The notes under the pieces are model-generated. The model saw only the letters and a list, made by a program, of their open reading frames with translations. It made no database searches and was not told the DNA's origin. Source: a virus. Taken from it: DNA of 64,000 nt. The DNA is taken from the IMG/VR virus record IMGVR_UViG_3300008267_000016, positions 21,269 through 85,268 of that record; one strand, written 5' to 3'. The number at the start of each line of letters is the position of its first letter. Position 1 is the first letter of the stretch. Made by a program: the position numbers and the translations under genes. This document shows, piece after piece, positions 53,126-61,382 of this stretch.

Positions 53126-53287
53126 ATGACTGTTTTAACGTATCGCGGTAAACAGTATGACACCGTTGAGCACCAGAAGGAGGTGCTTGACTGGCAAAAA
53201 ACGACCCGTGAAGCAAGCCCTCGGTGTGTTTATCGAGGCGTGGAAATAGATCCTCGTTATTCGCACGAGAACACCACGCTAAAGTGA
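53126..53287 (+). CDS. DUF4278-like small protein
   Basis: Duplicated LTYRG..Y / VYRGV motif. Confidence 0.7.
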   Translation: MTVLTYRGKQYDTVEHQKEVLDWQKTTREASPRCVYRGVEIDPRYSHENTTLK

Positions 53288-53320
53288 TTGGTGTTCCCGC
53301 TCTGCTCTTCGCATCGGGCT

Positions 53321-53394
53321 GCGTGAGTAGTTCAAGGGGTAGAACGCTGAGCAAATAGCTCAGAAATGGGCGGTTCAAATCCGCCCCTCGCGAC
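53321..53394 (+). tRNA. Atypical tRNA-like element (degenerate anticodon loop)
   Basis: GTTC/GAAC D-stem, CTGAG-CAAATAG-CTCAG, GGGCGG-TTCAAAT-CCGCCC; lacks U33; irregular acceptor stem. Confidence 0.65.
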
Positions 53395-53440
53395 TAGAAT
53401 GTCAGAGTTCCTGCCTAGGGACAACGGACAAGGGGACTCC

Positions 53441-53467
53441 GGGGGGCCTAAGGGCCCCTATTTATTT
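53441..53467 (+). terminator. Intrinsic terminator
   Basis: GGGGCC-TAAG-GGCCCC followed by TATTTATTT. Confidence 0.6.
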
Positions 53468-53516
53468 GGTTTTATAGCTGGCTTATAATTAGTTCTCAGG
53501 AGTAAAAGGTCTAAAA

Positions 53517-54185
53517 GTGGGTTTCCGTCTTCCCGTAGCTTTAAATCCTTTTAAGAGTCGGACACCTACTACTCGTCTTGGTGCACTTGGTAAAGCTTTC
53601 AACCCTTTAAATCCTGTAAACGCTGCAACGATGCTCTTAGAAGAGGCAATCGGCGGCGTCGTGGGTAAAGCTTTGGGTCCTGAAGCAAGGACTCGAGTTG
53701 AGTATTTTGGGTATGGCGGTGTTCTGCCAGGTATTGCACTGAATGTTCTGGATGCAGGAGCAGTTAGTGCTAACCAGGATCAACTGGTTAAAGCAGCGCA
53801 GGCTCAATATTTACAAGAGCAAAAACAAAAAAGGGCAGAGCAGACTCGAGTTGCTGAGTTAGCTGCCCCTCAACAGACCCGCGCTGCTGCTCCTAGTCCT
53901 GCTGCTCAACGCCCTGTAGAAGAACGGCACGCTCCTGTTACGCGAGAAGTTGCACCATCTCCTACACCACAACCAGAAAGCATGAATGAGCTTGCTCAGG
54001 TGTACGCTCGTCAGCGTCTGCTGGGTGCTGAAATGGCTAAAGGTGGTGAATTACAGCGTCGTCTCTATGAAGGTGGCGCTGCTGAAGGTATGCCTATTGA
54101 GTCGTTTATGTCTTGGGTTGAGGCAAACCCGGATCTCGCCTACCGTTTAGCTGAAAAACGCGGTCTCCTGCCGCAAGCTACCTGA
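53517..54185 (+). CDS. Putative internal virion protein
   Basis: Ala/Gln/Pro-rich; W.EANP.LAYR motif. Confidence 0.6.
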   Translation: MGFRLPVALNPFKSRTPTTRLGALGKAFNPLNPVNAATMLLEEAIGGVVGKALGPEARTRVEYFGYGGVLPGIALNVLDAGAVSANQDQLVKAAQAQYLQEQKQKRAEQTRVAELAAPQQTRAAAPSPAAQRPVEERHAPVTREVAPSPTPQPESMNELAQVYARQRLLGAEMAKGGELQRRLYEGGAAEGMPIESFMSWVEANPDLAYRLAEKRGLLPQAT

Positions 54186-54392
54186 TGACCTCTGTGGTTT
54201 GGCCAGTCATTTTCTTGATTGGTATTCTTTTTGTCTTACTGATGCTTGTTGTTGCAGCAGTAATTCTTGAAGCGAACGATCTGTAAGCAGACATTATCTA
54301 GGTACATAATCACAAAACCAACTGCCCAAAGTAGCAAGATTACAGCTATAGAGCGTTTAACGCCTTTAGGAGGTTCTAAAATAGACTGAGGT

Positions 54393-54773
54393 TTGTTGCC
54401 GAAGAGAAGCATGTACCGGGACCTTGTGTATCGACCTGGCGAAGATTCTTACGGTACACGAGATCTTGTATTTCGTCCCGGCATGGACTCTACTGCTGTA
54501 GAAGTTCTCTCTTACCTTCCCAACAGAGAGGCTTCTATTCAAAAAGTTGCTGAGGATTTTCTCGAATCTTTTCTGCGTGGTGGGGGACAGGATGTAGCTG
54601 GGTACGTCCCTTATAAAGGCGTAGCCCCTGCAGATGTTGACCCAGGTGGTCCTGAGTCTCCTGAAGCTTATGCCCGTTTGGCTGATTGGCTGCGGACTCG
54701 TCGCGAAAGCGGTCACATTGATCGTGCTCGGGAGAACCTCAGAAAGATGGGATATCCCCTAGGTGGGGTTTGA
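54393..54773 (+). CDS. Hypothetical protein
   Basis: Repeat RDLV.RPG; DFLESFL. Confidence 0.6.
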   Translation: MLPKRSMYRDLVYRPGEDSYGTRDLVFRPGMDSTAVEVLSYLPNREASIQKVAEDFLESFLRGGGQDVAGYVPYKGVAPADVDPGGPESPEAYARLADWLRTRRESGHIDRARENLRKMGYPLGGV

Positions 54774-54802
54774 TTTAGAGTTATTTAAAAGGTATATCTA
54801 AG

Positions 54803-55300
54803 ATGACTACCCGCCGAGCTCCCTCGCGTGAGTTTGCTATTGGCTTTGGGGATTACATGTTCCCCATTTCCGGCAAACAAAGCTCTGGTCGCTCGAAGTT
54901 AGGTGTACCTTCTAAAGACTTTTTAGAAAACTTTTTGCAAGGTTTAGCTACAGCGCAGACGCCTGCACCTGTTTCTGACACAGTAAGTGTTCCTGCGACC
55001 ACCCCAGCTTCTTCCACTGTGGGTGCTGACAAGCTTGCGTCGTTCTTTTCTTCAAAGAAACCTCGACGCGGCGGTTTTAGTTATCAAGGTAGTCCCGTTT
55101 TTACTGGTACTCGTTCTGTTCCTACTGGGCAGCCCACCGCAGAAGCCTCTGGTTCCGAGTTTGCTGAAGTTTTAGGAGGCGGTGCTGACAGTCTCAAGCT
55201 TTTTGCTCGGGAGACTGCCGCACCAAGAGGAACTACATCGGGCGCCTCTAAGCAATCTGCGGTGAAAAAAGCTCGGAGACGCCTGGATCAAGCGGCTTGA
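54803..55300 (+). CDS. Hypothetical low-complexity protein
   Basis: DFLENFL; Ser/Thr-rich. Confidence 0.6.
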   Translation: MTTRRAPSREFAIGFGDYMFPISGKQSSGRSKLGVPSKDFLENFLQGLATAQTPAPVSDTVSVPATTPASSTVGADKLASFFSSKKPRRGGFSYQGSPVFTGTRSVPTGQPTAEASGSEFAEVLGGGADSLKLFARETAAPRGTTSGASKQSAVKKARRRLDQAA

Positions 55301-55373
55301 GTACGTCGTTTTGCAACGACTGTGTGCAGAGCCCACATTGATTACGTAAAGTTAAGAACACGCAAAGCCTGTC

Positions 55374-55559
55374 GTGGGCGACCCCTGCAAAGCATTCGAT
55401 CGGATTTCGACGCAGCTGGCAAAACTGTTAGCATTATCCGCTGATCGGAAGCCTGGTCGCGCTTCAGTTTCAGTTACAACTCGACAAGCTGAAGGCCCTC
55501 AATACCATTTGATGCACAGCATGACTTGGGATGAGGACGGAGAGTTAGATATTCGTTGA
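55374..55559 (+). CDS. Hypothetical protein
   Basis: ORF. Confidence 0.45.
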   Translation: MGDPCKAFDRISTQLAKLLALSADRKPGRASVSVTTRQAEGPQYHLMHSMTWDEDGELDIR

Positions 55560-55636
55560 CTCCCTTCTTTGTATATTTGTCGGTTAAGTTTTGAGTTGCG
55601 TTGTTAACGCGTGGAATTCAAGAAAGTTTGTATTAG

Positions 55637-55819
55637 ATGAATCGGCGCCGTCAAAAGATCTTTAAGATCTGGGCTAATGCCTTGGGTCCTAAGAGTGCTG
55701 ACTGCCAGCAAACAGCAGACCATGTCGCTTGGGTTAGGACTTTCATATTCGTGACTTACTTTGTGACGAACTGCTTTATCGTTGCGGGTGTCATCCGTCA
55801 CTGGAACGATGCCCTTTGA
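55637..55819 (+). CDS. Small membrane protein (cyanophage type)
   Basis: W..ALG.K.....AD.VA.VRT.I..TN.FIVAGVIRHW. Confidence 0.7.
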   Translation: MNRRRQKIFKIWANALGPKSADCQQTADHVAWVRTFIFVTYFVTNCFIVAGVIRHWNDAL

Positions 55820-56054
55820 GATGTGCACCTACGAAGAAGGTGTGTATAAAAGGCTAGAGGAAACTATATGTGAGTATATGGATGAGGATATGACGGGCAA
55901 ACTGGTATCACATCTAAAGAAAGCTTTATGTCGGGAGCTGGCGGATCGTCGCGCTCGGGTTAACCAGGTAGAGTCCATCATGAATTCTCTTTTCCCTGGC
56001 GAGGGTTATGCCCCGACTCAGTTCAGCAACGAGGGCTCTGCTGAAAAAGCTTGA
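55809..56054 (+). CDS. Hypothetical protein
   Basis: ORF. Confidence 0.55.
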   Translation: MPFEMCTYEEGVYKRLEETICEYMDEDMTGKLVSHLKKALCRELADRRARVNQVESIMNSLFPGEGYAPTQFSNEGSAEKA

Positions 56055-56238
56055 GAACGCCTATGTCGTCTGTTCTGACTGTGGCGACAAATACGGCGTT
56101 TATTCGGTCGGCTGCAGCTCAGTTTGGGAAGGCGACTGCGATGTTTGCGGGGAATCGAAGCCTGTTACTGAGGCGCGTGATTACGCGTACCTCATTACGG
56201 GTATTCGGAAACTCAGCCGTGGTGAATCCTTAGATTAA
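56008..56238 (+). CDS. Zn-finger-like small protein
   Basis: CSDCG...CDVCG...VTE.RDY.YL. Confidence 0.7.
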   Translation: MPRLSSATRALLKKLENAYVVCSDCGDKYGVYSVGCSSVWEGDCDVCGESKPVTEARDYAYLITGIRKLSRGESLD

Positions 56239-57066
56239 GGATTTCGGAGTCGCGAAGCCTTTTTGGGCTAAAGCGGCAGCAGCAGCGCTTCCCGCGCCTT
56301 GTACATATTGGGGAGTTTGCTTTCCTTCAGGCTTTTGCCCCGCTTTTTCTAGCAGAAGCTGCATCACAGTTTGATCGATTTCTTCGCGGGCCTTGCGGAA
56401 TGTTTCGGGGCTAGGCCCTGTGTAGCTGCTGCTGACTTCGATTTTGGGTTTTGTGAGCTCACCGATCTTTTCGAGTAGGAGCTCTTCGGCAGATTTGTTT
56501 TCGGGTTTTGTTGTGCCGGGTTGAGGTGTAGCTTGTTGAGCGACAGCAATTTCGCCTTCTTGCTCGGGGCGGTTGATGTCACCGTGGCCGACACGGAATA
56601 CCACGCGGCCGCTAGGGTCCATGGCTTCGCTGAAGTAACCATAACCACCACCTGCACCACGGCGAATTTTGCCGCCAGGTACGCCTGGGATAAAGATCGA
56701 GGCGCCCTCGACCGCACCCGTATCGAAACGGGATTTACCTTTAAACGGAACGTAAAAATCTAGAGGATCCCAGCCGGGCCGAGTCGCGTGGGCCTTAGTG
56801 GCAGCTTCGAATAAAGCTTTCTTTTCTTCGGGACTGGCGTTTGGGTTCCAGCGTTGGCTGGAGACGGCTTGGTTGGAGAACTCGATTTCACGGCCAATAC
56901 TGCTGTACTGCTGGGCCAGTGAATCCAGGGCTCGGATCTTTTCTTGTAGGGGAAGGGCGCTGAGGATTTTGAGATCGATGTGATACGGCGATGAACCACC
57001 GATCCGTTCACTCGGACCAGTGAAACCGGAACGATATGTCGGTAAGTATTGAACGCCGTTAGTCAC
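56230..57066 (-). CDS. Putative virion protein with M23-peptidase-like fold
   Basis: HID, DFYVP, GGGYGY, VGHGD; C-terminus resembles that of the lysozyme at 688. Confidence 0.45.
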   Translation of the reverse strand: MTNGVQYLPTYRSGFTGPSERIGGSSPYHIDLKILSALPLQEKIRALDSLAQQYSSIGREIEFSNQAVSSQRWNPNASPEEKKALFEAATKAHATRPGWDPLDFYVPFKGKSRFDTGAVEGASIFIPGVPGGKIRRGAGGGYGYFSEAMDPSGRVVFRVGHGDINRPEQEGEIAVAQQATPQPGTTKPENKSAEELLLEKIGELTKPKIEVSSSYTGPSPETFRKAREEIDQTVMQLLLEKAGQKPEGKQTPQYVQGAGSAAAAALAQKGFATPKSLI

Positions 57067-57113
57067 TGCTTTCCCTTGGTTTTAAGGGTGTAATATCACT
57101 CTAGCATTTATGT

Positions 57114-57359
57114 TTGTTTGGGGGCACTGTGCAGTATATGACTTATGTGCATGTAGATGAAGATGATTTCGAAGTGATTGGCGTTGATGATTATGGGATC
57201 TTGGTTAAGGCAGCGTGGGGTGAGCAGAGTTTTGTTAGTAGTTGGCACCTGGTGGATGAACGGAAAATCCAGCTAACGCGAAGGACAAAGCCAGCGGACT
57301 GGGACGCAAAAAAAGAGGCCCATAAGCAGGCCGTAAAAGACGAAGGGCAGCAGGTGTAA
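57114..57359 (+). CDS. Hypothetical protein
   Basis: FVSSWHLV..R..QL motif. Confidence 0.6.
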   Translation: MFGGTVQYMTYVHVDEDDFEVIGVDDYGILVKAAWGEQSFVSSWHLVDERKIQLTRRTKPADWDAKKEAHKQAVKDEGQQV

Positions 57360-57360
57360 G

Positions 57361-57426
57361 AAAAAACTGCGTGCGTGCGCAGCTACTAGTGGGGAAAGGT
57401 GTGGGGAGCGCGTCGAAACTCCCCAA
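57361..57426 (-). ncRNA. Candidate sRNA (Yfr1-like architecture)
   Basis: TAAGAT -10, 5' hairpin, C-rich linker, terminator with U6. Confidence 0.5.
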
Positions 57427-57456
57427 GCGCCAATCTTATGTGTCTCATTTGAGATT

Positions 57457-57651
57457 TTATTTAATTGGCTTGAACTGCCCGCACCAGTCTTTGTCAGCGT
57501 TGACTTGAGGCCACTGCGATCGTGGCAGTAGTGCAGATTGAATATAGACGGGAATAGGGGAGAAGCGACGACACTGACCCGTCGCATTCACCTCGGCATC
57601 GTGCGTCAGCTGGAAAAACCGACAGGTTCTACAGCGATCCTCTGCGTTCAT
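57457..57651 (-). CDS. Cys-rich small protein
   Basis: CRTCRFF, GQCRR..P, WP.V...DWCGQF. Confidence 0.75.
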   Translation of the reverse strand: MNAEDRCRTCRFFQLTHDAEVNATGQCRRFSPIPVYIQSALLPRSQWPQVNADKDWCGQFKPIK

Positions 57652-58376
57652 GCGACTTTAGTAGCAAGTTGCCAGCCGGTGAAGATCGCAAGTTTCATCG
57701 AAGCAAAGGCAGTAAGAGCCCCGTCGACACCGCGCTGAACGTCGGGATGACCATAATCGTCAAAAATAACGACGCCACCAGATTTAACCATCGGGACATA
57801 CAGCGTGGTATCCCGTGCGACAGAAGCAGGATCATGCGCACCATCAATATAAAGGACATCGATCCAGGGTTCGCCGCCGTTACGACGGTTTAGTTCGGGA
57901 AAAACGTCCCAGCTGCAGCCTTTAATGATTTCAATCTTGGCAGCGTTGTCAGATTTAGCGATATTTCCACGAGCGATGAGCTCGATTTCTGCTAATTCGG
58001 GGTAATTTTCGGGTTTTTCGTGGTGCTCAGAGCTTCCAGTGAACGGATCGATCGAAATTAAACGAGACTCTGGGTGCGAAAGATAAAAATCAGACCAGAA
58101 GCAGCTGGATGCCCCTTCATAAACGCCAATTTCGACGATTTGACGCTTTGCGGAAGGGTCTAAACGCAGTTCTGCCGCTTCGTCACGGGTGCAGAGGACT
58201 AGATCGGTATTCAGCAGAGCGTCATACCAGGTTTGATTGAAGCTGTAGCGCTCGTCCAGCTTCTTTTTGCCTTGAATTTGGACAGTCGGTACAGCCTCTT
58301 CAACTTCATTGCCCAGTTGAGCCATGAGTTCTTTAAAGCTCTGCTTGCTGGCTGCAGTCATCTGCCGATTTGTCAA
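57648..58376 (-). CDS. Class I SAM-dependent methyltransferase (Methyltransf_24-like)
   Basis: VEIGVYEGAS, IDPF, DVLYIDGAH, VKSGGVVIFDDY. Confidence 0.9.
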   Translation of the reverse strand: MTNRQMTAASKQSFKELMAQLGNEVEEAVPTVQIQGKKKLDERYSFNQTWYDALLNTDLVLCTRDEAAELRLDPSAKRQIVEIGVYEGASSCFWSDFYLSHPESRLISIDPFTGSSEHHEKPENYPELAEIELIARGNIAKSDNAAKIEIIKGCSWDVFPELNRRNGGEPWIDVLYIDGAHDPASVARDTTLYVPMVKSGGVVIFDDYGHPDVQRGVDGALTAFASMKLAIFTGWQLATKVA

Positions 58377-58452
58377 TGTCGTTATGGTAGCAGCATTTTG
58401 TTGACACGCTGCCCTTTGGGTTGTATGCTTGTAGTGTCACTAGGTGACTCAC

Positions 58453-58737
58453 ATGACAAACGACATCCAAATCAGAGCCAACTCCAGCGACGCCGTTGCA
58501 TACGCGATCTTCTCTCATGCTTTCGGGTTGACTGTTTCGGTCTGCACCCTGATCACATTTGCCACGCTGTTTCCAAAATTCGTAACCAACCAGAGTTCTT
58601 ACGCGGCTCGCATGAAGGAGTTCAACCAGGCTGTTGGCGAGTGTCTTGTCCGTCAGGTTGAGGTTTATGGGCGGCGTGACATTCGGACTTGTAAAGCCGC
58701 CGTTAACGCCCGCCTGAATTTTTATGAGCACCGTTAG
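58453..58737 (+). CDS. Putative membrane protein
   Basis: One hydrophobic segment. Confidence 0.5.
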   Translation: MTNDIQIRANSSDAVAYAIFSHAFGLTVSVCTLITFATLFPKFVTNQSSYAARMKEFNQAVGECLVRQVEVYGRRDIRTCKAAVNARLNFYEHR

Positions 58738-58740
58738 CCT

Positions 58741-58980
58741 GTGGGTAGTCGCCTGCGGTCTGTGTCAGACTCCCTTGAACTCACACCGGAAGAGCAAGAA
58801 CTTCTCGATAGTGCGATCAAAAACTTGCAAACTTTTATCAAGGAGGAGACCACGCATTACGTGTTTGTAGAGGATCCTCGTAACGATGAGGACTACGATA
58901 CGTTTGAATATGGTACAGAGCCACTGCCTGGCGACCAAACCTGGAAAAACTCTAACGAGCCCCCTTCGGACAGCCAGTAA
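58741..58980 (+). CDS. Acidic hypothetical protein
   Basis: YEYGTEPLPGD-like motif. Confidence 0.55.
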   Translation: MGSRLRSVSDSLELTPEEQELLDSAIKNLQTFIKEETTHYVFVEDPRNDEDYDTFEYGTEPLPGDQTWKNSNEPPSDSQ

Positions 58981-59000
58981 GTTGCTATAGTGCTCATGCC

Positions 59001-59082
59001 GCTGCAGTGGCGGAATGGTATACGCTGCGCACTTAAAATGCGTTGAGTTTCACTCATGTGGGTTCGAGTCCCACCTGCAGCA
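59001..59082 (+). tRNA. trnL: tRNA-Leu(UAA)
   Basis: GCTGCAG/CTGCAGC acceptor, GCGCA-CTTAAAA-TGCGT, long variable arm, GTGGG-TTCGAGT-CCCAC. Confidence 0.93.
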
Positions 59083-59096
59083 TTAACAAACATCTA

Positions 59097-59546
59097 ATGG
59101 CACCTCAAAAGAAAAAACACGACAACAATCAGCTTCAGGGGCTCTACGAGTTCCACAAAACAAAGGAGTGCCCCCTTTGCGGCGAACTCAAAGCCAAGGT
59201 AAAAGAAAGCAGAAAGATATTTGAAGGTACCAGAAGGCGTTATAGCTGCTTTGGGTGTGATCATAAATACACAACGTATGAGATAAACTCTGAGGCTTAT
59301 GAAGAACTGCGTACTCTTCGTATTAAGTTTAGTCAACTAGAAAATATTTTTAACAGCGTCCATCAACCTGTACAACAGCCTGTCCAGCTCGAGCCAATTT
59401 CTGCGGTGCCTGAAGGGATACCGTGTTCTGATTGCGCTCACTTAACGCCTTACGGTTGTTCGTTTGATATACCAGAAGCTCAGACTGAGGAGGCTCAGGG
59501 GTGCAACCTGTTTCAGTCGATATTTTCTGATAACATGCTGACATAG
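59097..59546 (+). CDS. NrdR-type zinc-ribbon protein with extra Cys cluster
   Basis: CPLCG..KVKESR..RRRYSC..C..KYTTYE; C-terminal C..C.H...C.F..PEA. Confidence 0.7.
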   Translation: MAPQKKKHDNNQLQGLYEFHKTKECPLCGELKAKVKESRKIFEGTRRRYSCFGCDHKYTTYEINSEAYEELRTLRIKFSQLENIFNSVHQPVQQPVQLEPISAVPEGIPCSDCAHLTPYGCSFDIPEAQTEEAQGCNLFQSIFSDNMLT

Positions 59547-59558
59547 ATCAGTTGTCTA

Positions 59559-60332
59559 ATGCGTTCTTCCATTCCTGTACTCGGCACAGCAATCGTCAAT
59601 AATCCCTACTGGTTACATAGGCTCTTTATGAGCATCGACTATCCGGTCGATAATTTTGTCGTATTTAACAACAACGGCCGGGGTCAGATTACGGACGCGG
59701 TAGAAAGTGTTCGTAAGTTGTCTAATCCGTTTGTAAAGAAAGTGCATGTGACGCACATGCCTTCAAATGTGGGTTGTTCAGGCGCTTGGAACTTAATTAT
59801 TAAGTGCTTTATGCAAGCACCATATTGGATTATATCAAACCATGATGTCATGTTCGAACCTGGTTTCCTACAGGAGATGAACGAAAAAGCACAGGCTGAG
59901 GATGTTGGGGTTGTCCACGGCTGTGGCGGCGGTTGGGATATTTTTCTTCTTAAAGACTGGATGGTACAACGATACGGATTATTTGACGAGAATTTATACC
60001 CTGCTTACACAGAGGATATGGATTATGGTATGCGCTTCATCCACGATGATGTCAAGCGTGTGATGTCACTCGAGCATGGTTATTATCACGGAACTAGTAA
60101 AAACGATTATTCGGATGGCTCACAGACCTGGAGATCCGATCCAGCTTTGGCTCAGCCTATTCACATTGCTCACGAATTAAACAAAAGGTATTTACATATG
60201 AAGTGGGGTGAGGGCTGGCAGGTTCACGTGGATGAGCCCACTCATAAACACCCGTTTAATAACACTGAGTTCCCTATTAGCTTTACAACGTTTGATCTTG
60301 GTTTCTGCCGCCGTAAGCACTTGGGCTTTTAA
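59559..60332 (+). CDS. Glycosyltransferase family 2-like protein
   Basis: NVGCSGAWN, NHD, GLFDENLYPAY.ED.DY. Confidence 0.85.
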   Translation: MRSSIPVLGTAIVNNPYWLHRLFMSIDYPVDNFVVFNNNGRGQITDAVESVRKLSNPFVKKVHVTHMPSNVGCSGAWNLIIKCFMQAPYWIISNHDVMFEPGFLQEMNEKAQAEDVGVVHGCGGGWDIFLLKDWMVQRYGLFDENLYPAYTEDMDYGMRFIHDDVKRVMSLEHGYYHGTSKNDYSDGSQTWRSDPALAQPIHIAHELNKRYLHMKWGEGWQVHVDEPTHKHPFNNTEFPISFTTFDLGFCRRKHLGF

Positions 60333-60378
60333 CTTTATTAAATCTCGAAGTATTATGTGCAGATCGGGTGTATGAGTC

Positions 60379-60651
60379 GTGCCTTTTTACTCTTCGCATA
60401 CAGCTTCAGGTAAGCTAGTAAATACACTTAAAGCGCTGTTGGACACTAAAAGGTTGTCTTCGTTTGCGTTAAGCAAGCAGGCCAACCTATCGCCAACTAC
60501 GACAAGAAAGATCTATACCGATTCACACTACATACCGTCGCCTGACGTATTAGAGAAGTTGTGTATGACTTTAGAGTGCCTGCCTGGCGATATTTTAAGT
60601 ATTCGCGGTAATATAGAAGAATCAGCTGTGGTGGTATCCGGTGTTTTCTAA
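60379..60651 (+). CDS. XRE-family HTH regulator
   Basis: LSKQANLSPTT.RKI...LEKLC..L.C.PGDIL. Confidence 0.8.
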   Translation: MPFYSSHTASGKLVNTLKALLDTKRLSSFALSKQANLSPTTTRKIYTDSHYIPSPDVLEKLCMTLECLPGDILSIRGNIEESAVVVSGVF

Positions 60652-61138
60652 AGCCGATTACGAATTAGCTGCTCGGATTCTCGGGCTTCCGGTACCTCAA
60701 ACTCCGGCAGAGATGGCTGCAGCCACTCCCGCTGTTGCTCAGGTTGTTCGTCGTTTTGGGCAAGGTCTGCCCCCGATGCCTGGTCAAGAGGGCGACGGCT
60801 TCTACACCGGGGCTACTCGTTCGCTGAATGGGTATCCGGATAACACGATGCCTATGCAAAAGGCTCAGTTGGCTTCTCGGCTGCGGACTGAGCCTGAGCG
60901 TCCCCACGAGGATGCTTATTTGATGGAGCTGATCAATATGCTCGATCCCGAGGAATTCAATTTGATCATGGCTCTTCTTGAGCGTCTTGCTGATCAGGAA
61001 GATGAAGAATCTGATCGGTTGTCTTCTCAGCGCCCTTTAGAGTATGACACCCCGAATCTGGGTTCTAACTACAGCGTTCTGAACGCACCGTCTTCTAACG
61101 GTATTGAAGCTTCTCGCGCTTATCAACCTCTCGGCTAA
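60641..61138 (+). CDS. Hypothetical virion-associated protein
   Basis: DYELAAR.LGLPVP.TPAE.A motif. Confidence 0.6.
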   Translation: MFSKADYELAARILGLPVPQTPAEMAAATPAVAQVVRRFGQGLPPMPGQEGDGFYTGATRSLNGYPDNTMPMQKAQLASRLRTEPERPHEDAYLMELINMLDPEEFNLIMALLERLADQEDEESDRLSSQRPLEYDTPNLGSNYSVLNAPSSNGIEASRAYQPLG

Positions 61139-61380
61139 TGACACTTAACGCACGCCAACAACAACTGCGAGAGCGTGACGTACGCAAGCTCTCACCGGAG
61201 CTAAATCCGGACACGTTTATGCAAATGTATATGGAAAGTAATTTTCCTCAGACATCTGCATTCCCTTCCGCACAGCAGATGCAGCGTGGTTTTGATAACC
61301 AACAGTTAGCAGATAGTTTAAAATTAAAACAGACTAAGCCTAAGTCAGGCACTGGTTACGACAATCCTGGTCTTTCCTGA
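61138..61380 (+). CDS. Hypothetical protein
   Basis: TAATG coupling. Confidence 0.55.
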   Translation: MTLNARQQQLRERDVRKLSPELNPDTFMQMYMESNFPQTSAFPSAQQMQRGFDNQQLADSLKLKQTKPKSGTGYDNPGLS

Positions 61381-61382
61381 TT

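Noticed and set aside
58333-58731. Minus-strand 132-aa ORF
   Set aside because: Overlaps a more plausible plus-strand membrane protein gene and has no recognisable motifs
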